Below, piece by piece: positions 59,357 through 64,000 of a DNA stretch of 64,000 bases (position 1 is its first letter; every line of letters starts with the position of its first letter). This DNA comes from a bacterium (GTDB taxonomy: Bacteria > Actinomycetota > CALGFH01): contig JBKPDO010000166.1 of NCBI GenBank assembly GCA_046727955.1, positions 1,440 to 65,439 of the forward strand, read 5' to 3'. The notes beneath the pieces were generated by a model. That model was given only the letters and a program-made list of their open reading frames with translations, did not search any database and was not told the DNA's origin. Both the position numbers and the translations under genes were made by a program.

Positions 59357-60406
59357 ATGGCGCAAGCTGGGGCTGACTCCGCGGTGACTGTGGAGGGGAC
59401 CTGGGCCAGGCGGCACCGCGGCGCGATCATTCGTGTGGCGGTCGAGGTCCTGGTCGTGGGGCTCGCCATCCTGTTGCTGACCCGCCAGCGGGCCAGCCTG
59501 GCCGGGCTGGGCGACCAGCTCGGCCACCTCCGCTGGGCCTGGGTGGCGGTCGCGATCGGCGGGGAGCTCGCCTCGGTGGTCGCCTTGGCGGCGCTGCAGA
59601 ACTGGCTCCTCGGGATCGGCGGGGTCCGTCCCACGCTGTGGAGCATGGTGCGCATCACCCTGGCAAGCAACGCCATCGCGCTGTCGCTGCCAGCGGGGGT
59701 GGCGGTATCCGAGGGGTTCGCCTTCCAGCAGTATCGCCGCAAGGGTGCCGACGGCTCGCTGGCCGCATGGGCCGAGCTGTCGGCCGGGGCCTGGTCGGTC
59801 GCCTCGCTCGCGGGCCTGGTCGTGGCCGGCCTGCTGATCGCCGGCTCGCAGGGGCCGACCTGGGCCCTGCGGGTGCTGGCTGTGGTGGTCTTCGCGGGCG
59901 CGAGCGCGGCGGCGCTGCTGTTCGGCGTGCCGCGCGAGCTGTCTCGCTGGCTCACCTGGCTGCTGGTGCGTGGCCGCAGGGTCGTGCCGGAGAAGGTACG
60001 ACCGGCGCTGGCGCGGGCGGAGCGCTCGGTCGAGGCGATGCGGTCGCTGCACCCGTCGGCGCTGACCTGGACCAGTGCCGGCGGCTTCGCCACCCTCAAC
60101 TGGCTGGGCGACTGCGGCTGCCTGATCGCGGCCTTCCTGGCCGTCGGCGGCTCGGTGCCGTGGCGCGGGATGCTGCTGGCCTACGCGGGCGCGCGGCTGC
60201 TGGCGGAGCTGCCGATCACGCCGGGAGGCGTCGGGATCGTGGAGGGGGGGCTGGTCCTGACCCTGGTCGCCTACGGCGGCAACCCGGTGACGACGACCGC
60301 CGCCGTGCTCATCTACCGGGCGATCAGCTTCTGGCTCCTCATCCCGGTCGGCTGGCTCGCCTGGGCGCTCCGCGACCGCCGCTCGTCTCAACCGTCCCAA
60401 CCATAG
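59357..60406 (+). CDS. Lysylphosphatidylglycerol synthase TM / YbhN family protein
   Basis: LPITPGGVGIVEG, VLIYRAISFW. Confidence 0.85.
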   Translation: MAQAGADSAVTVEGTWARRHRGAIIRVAVEVLVVGLAILLLTRQRASLAGLGDQLGHLRWAWVAVAIGGELASVVALAALQNWLLGIGGVRPTLWSMVRITLASNAIALSLPAGVAVSEGFAFQQYRRKGADGSLAAWAELSAGAWSVASLAGLVVAGLLIAGSQGPTWALRVLAVVVFAGASAAALLFGVPRELSRWLTWLLVRGRRVVPEKVRPALARAERSVEAMRSLHPSALTWTSAGGFATLNWLGDCGCLIAAFLAVGGSVPWRGMLLAYAGARLLAELPITPGGVGIVEGGLVLTLVAYGGNPVTTTAAVLIYRAISFWLLIPVGWLAWALRDRRSSQPSQP

Positions 60407-60525
60407 CACCCATATCGGACACCAGAGCAACCACGCGCGGCAGGGGCCAACCACGCGGCAAAGGTCGGGCCCTTCGGGCTGGGGTCCGAGCCTGCGGCCA
60501 TCGGCGCCCACGACGTCCGGCTGGC

Positions 60526-61875
60526 TCAGGGCCTGGTGAGCTTGTCGATCAGAGCCTGGTACCCCTGGTCGAAGGAGGCGCCGATCTGGTCGGTGCCGGA
60601 GGCCAGCCTGGTGTACTCCTCTACCGAGGGGGCGGCGACCAGCTCGCGCATGGCCCCGGCGAAACGGTGGCCGAGCCGCACCACCTCCGCCGCCTCGGCC
60701 TGGGCCGATTCAGGGAAGTCGAGCCCGTCCACCCGGACGGCGAACGCCTCGAACGCATCGGCCAGGTCGCGGTCGGCCGCCTGGACGCAGCTCAGCCTGT
60801 CCCCGGTCGTGGTGCAGGCGTTGACCTTCTGCTGGAACTGCTGAGTCCGGTCGACCAGCGTATTGTGCGCCGCCGTCACTTTCGCGAGAGCCTGGACCCG
60901 GCTCACCGTGCCGCCGTTGACGGCCTGGACGGCACCGGCCGTCGCGTTCGACGCCAGGCCCAGCACGATGAAGACGGCCAGCAGCGCCTTCGCTCCCCCT
61001 GAGAGGACCAGCAGCCCGCGAGGCGCTCTAGGCGCGGGCGGTTCCGGGCCGGCGCCGGCGCCGGACGGCGTGGCCGTAGCGGACGGCGTGGCCGTAGCGG
61101 ACGGCTCCTCCGCGGGCGCTGTCTCCGCCGGCGTCGCGAACGCCTCCATAGGCGCCGTGAACGCCTCCGTAGCCGCCGCGTATTGATCGCCAGGCGCGGC
61201 GAGCGCCTCACCGGGCGCGGCTGCCATGGTGGGGTAGCCGGCCGGTGCCGGGAGGAAGGCGGCGGGAGGAGGCTGGTCGCCGAAGAGGCCCCATGGATAG
61301 GCCGCGGTGATCAGGAAGCTGTACGCGCCGAGCCGCAGGTAATAGCGGAGGACCGCGGTGATGGCGTCGAACAGTGCGCCCGGGACCCGACCGATCACCA
61401 GGACGATCAGCCAGATGAAAAAGGCCAGCGCCTGCAAGCCGGCGAGCACGAAGTTGGCGAGGATCGACGCCGGGATGGCGAGGATCAGCCGGAACAGCAC
61501 GGCAAAGCGGTTGAGCCGGCCAGGCCACAGATCCAGCTGCACGGGGTAGTCCGGAGCCGTGAGCCGGAAGGGCGGATAGCGGTCGGTGAGGAGCCCGATG
61601 TAGGCGTAGACCCTCGCGGCGTACCGGGTGAAGTGGCACGGATAGCGTGCGAACGGCTCAGGCAGGCGTCCGAGGATCAGCGCGGCGAACCAGCCTATGA
61701 AGACGACGACAGCGGCCGCCAGGCCAAGGACGTTGAGGACGATGACCTGGGGCAGGGCGAGCAGCAGCCGGAAGGCGACGCTCAGCCGCCCGCGGCGCAG
61801 GATGCGCTCGACGACGAGCGCCGGCGGGACGGGCGCGTCGGCCACGACGGTGGCCGGTGTGGGGAATGCCGTCAT
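60526..61875 (-). CDS. DUF4389 domain membrane protein with C-terminal helical domain
   Basis: Two repeats (FRLLLALPQ...TDRYPPF; FRLILAIP...AAYPWG), Ala/Pro linker, TM segment. Confidence 0.85.
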   Translation of the reverse strand: MTAFPTPATVVADAPVPPALVVERILRRGRLSVAFRLLLALPQVIVLNVLGLAAAVVVFIGWFAALILGRLPEPFARYPCHFTRYAARVYAYIGLLTDRYPPFRLTAPDYPVQLDLWPGRLNRFAVLFRLILAIPASILANFVLAGLQALAFFIWLIVLVIGRVPGALFDAITAVLRYYLRLGAYSFLITAAYPWGLFGDQPPPAAFLPAPAGYPTMAAAPGEALAAPGDQYAAATEAFTAPMEAFATPAETAPAEEPSATATPSATATPSGAGAGPEPPAPRAPRGLLVLSGGAKALLAVFIVLGLASNATAGAVQAVNGGTVSRVQALAKVTAAHNTLVDRTQQFQQKVNACTTTGDRLSCVQAADRDLADAFEAFAVRVDGLDFPESAQAEAAEVVRLGHRFAGAMRELVAAPSVEEYTRLASGTDQIGASFDQGYQALIDKLTRP

Positions 61876-62085
61876 GATTCCTCTCTAGGGCGAGGGCGGC
61901 GCGGAACCTACCGTGCCACCGCGATGGTCGCCAATGCGCTGGTGGTAGATGTGTTCTAGTTTGTACCCGATGACGTGTCCGACTAAAAGTGCCCGGGAGG
62001 CCGGGCTCTGGCGAGCCCATGGCCGGCCAGGTCGGGTCAGCCGGTACGCTGTTGCTAGTGGATCGACAGAGCCTTATCGAGCCTC

Positions 62086-62856
62086 ATGGAGTCAGCGATG
62101 GAGTACTGGACGCCTGGCAGCGCGCTGGTGATCGCGGCGCACCCGGACGACATCGAGTTCGGCTGCGCTGGCACGGTGGCGCGATGGGTGGAGGAGGGCG
62201 CCCGCGTCAGCTACGCGCTGCTCACCAATGGTGCGGCCGGGTCCAGCGACCCGGAGATGACCCGCGGGCGGCTCGCCGGGCTGCGCGAGGCCGAGCAGCG
62301 CGCCGCCGCCAAGGTCCTCGGCGTCGACCGGGTCGAGTTCCTCGGCTACGAGGACGGGCTGCTGGAGCCAACGCTGGAGGTCCGCGAAGAAGTCGTGCGC
62401 CTGATCCGCCGGGTGCGGCCCGAGGTGGTCGTCACCACCGACCCGACCACCCGCTACTTCGGCGACAGCTACATCAACCACCCCGACCACCGCGCGGCCG
62501 GCGAGGCGGCGCTGGCCGCGGTGATCCCCGGGTCCGACACGCGGCTGGCCTACCCGGAGCTGCTCGACGAGGGGCTGGAGCCGGTCAAGCTGACGGGCGT
62601 GTGGCTGATGATGGGCGCCGAGCCGAACGTGGTCGTCGACATCACCGACTTCATCGACCGGAAGCTCAAGAGCCTGCGCTGCCACGTCACGCAGATCGGC
62701 GACCACGCGTCAGCTGATGACGTTGGATTCGTGTACGGCCTGGCCGAGTGGGTCGCGGAGAAGGAGCCGTTCCGCTATGGCGAGGCGTTCAGGGTCTTCC
62801 GCTTCGACCAGCCCTGGCGCCCTCCCGGAACGCAGGGCGAGCCCGCCGAGGCCTGA
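62086..62856 (+). CDS. PIG-L family deacetylase
   Basis: AHPDDIE, LTNGAAG, NHPDH. Confidence 0.9.
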   Translation: MESAMEYWTPGSALVIAAHPDDIEFGCAGTVARWVEEGARVSYALLTNGAAGSSDPEMTRGRLAGLREAEQRAAAKVLGVDRVEFLGYEDGLLEPTLEVREEVVRLIRRVRPEVVVTTDPTTRYFGDSYINHPDHRAAGEAALAAVIPGSDTRLAYPELLDEGLEPVKLTGVWLMMGAEPNVVVDITDFIDRKLKSLRCHVTQIGDHASADDVGFVYGLAEWVAEKEPFRYGEAFRVFRFDQPWRPPGTQGEPAEA

Positions 62857-62881
62857 CCGGCGCAGCTGGCGATGCCTCCCG

Positions 62882-63745
62882 TCAGCGGCGGCCCAGCTCC
62901 ATGCGTGCCCGCTGGATGTCGCGCTCGTGCTTGAGCAGCAGGTGCAAAGTGTCGTCGACGGTCTCGCGGTCCAGCGCGCCCACGCCCAGGTGCAGCAGGG
63001 TGCGTGCCCAGTCGATCGTCTCCGAGATGGACGGCGCCTTCTTCAGGTCGAGCTGGCGGATCGTCCGCACCATCTGCGCGATCTGCTCGGCCAGTGTGAC
63101 GTCGATCTCGGGGACGCGGACGCGCACGATCTCGCGCTCGCGCTCCACCGACGGGTAATCGACGTGGAGGTACAAGCAGCGACGCCGCAGCGCCTCGGAC
63201 AGCTCTCGGGTCGCGTTGGAAGTGAGCACGATCAGCGGCCGCTGCGTGCCGACCACCGTGCCCAGCTCAGGGATGGACACCTGGAAATCCGACAGCACCT
63301 CGAGCAGCAGGGCCTCGGTCTCGACCTCGACCCGGTCGACCTCGTCGATCAGCAGCACCACCGGCTCGGTCGCGCGGATCGCCTCGAGCAGCGGCCGCGT
63401 CAGCAGGAACGGCTCCGAAAAGATGTCCGCCTCGACGTCGGCCCAGGTCGCGTCGTGGTCCCGGTCCACCTGGATGCGCAGGAGCTGCTTCTTGTAGTTC
63501 CACTCGTAGAGCGCCTTGGACTCGTCGAGCCCCTCGTAGCACTGCAGGCGGATGAGCCGCGCGCCGGTGGCGGCGGCGAGCGCCTTGGCCAGCTCGGTCT
63601 TGCCGACCCCGGCGGGCCCCTCCGCCAGGATCGGCTTCTCCAGCCGGTCGGCCAGGAACGCCACGCTGGCGATCATCCGGTCCGTCAGGTATCCGACCGA
63701 GGAGAGCCGCTCAGCCGCTTCGTCGACGCTGGCGAACCTGCGCAC
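62882..63745 (-). CDS. MoxR/CoxD family AAA+ ATPase
   Basis: EGPAGVGKTELA, RLQCYEG, LLIDEVDR, TSNATRELSEALRRRC. Confidence 0.9.
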   Translation of the reverse strand: MRRFASVDEAAERLSSVGYLTDRMIASVAFLADRLEKPILAEGPAGVGKTELAKALAAATGARLIRLQCYEGLDESKALYEWNYKKQLLRIQVDRDHDATWADVEADIFSEPFLLTRPLLEAIRATEPVVLLIDEVDRVEVETEALLLEVLSDFQVSIPELGTVVGTQRPLIVLTSNATRELSEALRRRCLYLHVDYPSVEREREIVRVRVPEIDVTLAEQIAQMVRTIRQLDLKKAPSISETIDWARTLLHLGVGALDRETVDDTLHLLLKHERDIQRARMELGRR

Positions 63746-63753
63746 GGACGCCG

Positions 63754-64000
63754 TCAGCCCTCCCCCGCGCCGGCCTCGGGAACCCGCCGGTACCAGGGCG
63801 GCAGGTCCGCGTCCACGTTCACCCACACCGCCTTGGGCTCGGTGTAGCCGTGCATGGCCTCGAACCCCATCTCGCTGCCGTAGCCGGAGTCGCCGACGCC
63901 CCCGAACGGGGACGCGGGGCTGACCCGCTTGTAGCTGTTGACCCAGACCATGCCGCTGCGGATCGCGTGGGCGACGCGGTGTGCCCTCGACAGGTCGCGC
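63754..64000 (-). CDS. Aldehyde dehydrogenase, C-terminal fragment (runs off window)
   Basis: GMVWVN, SPFGGVGDSGYGSE, YTEPKAV. Confidence 0.92.
   Translation of the reverse strand, partial: RDLSRAHRVAHAIRSGMVWVNSYKRVSPASPFGGVGDSGYGSEMGFEAMHGYTEPKAVWVNVDADLPPWYRRVPEAGAGEG

Noticed and set aside
57593-60511. 972-aa ORF as a single fused protein
   Set aside because: Only 57593-59131 is the MFS gene; the upstream part is antisense to the YbhN-like gene

Overview
GC-rich actinobacterial (Actinomycetota-like) chromosomal window with about 60 recognisable genes. I saw no rRNA, tRNA, CRISPR array, integrase or prophage. Core blocks: plsC-cdsA lipid pair, family-5 UDG, MSMEG_4193/DUF3090/SCO1664 cluster, map, ABC-2 exporter, ggt, ABC-F, clpP, larE-NIL, groEL with CIRCE, SAM-I riboswitch-thrC, gpgS-HAD-otsA, LytR_C/DUF3263/NlpC-P60, gdhA, and an F420-LLM/ureidopropionase/hydA pyrimidine-degradation cluster. 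The most unusual region is an ~18-31 kb regulatory island. It holds two paralogous pseudo-cyclase-STAND-TPR proteins (one with a SARP head) that share a 97% identical 170-bp patch, a TetR paired tail-to-tail with an HTH-less copy of itself, and an unannotated 40-aa membrane peptide. An operator-like motif recurs upstream of tetR, the peptide gene and a copper-type envelope gene. Other signals: a duplicated AT-rich udg 3' end bracketing a 2.3-kb toxin-antitoxin islet, a MITE family with variable internal repeat number, REP-like palindromes, many short tandem arrays, two dead toxins beside intact antitoxins, many gene stumps, and a multi-stem leader upstream of the NlpC/P60 gene. Family assignments come from motif recognition by eye; no database searches were run.
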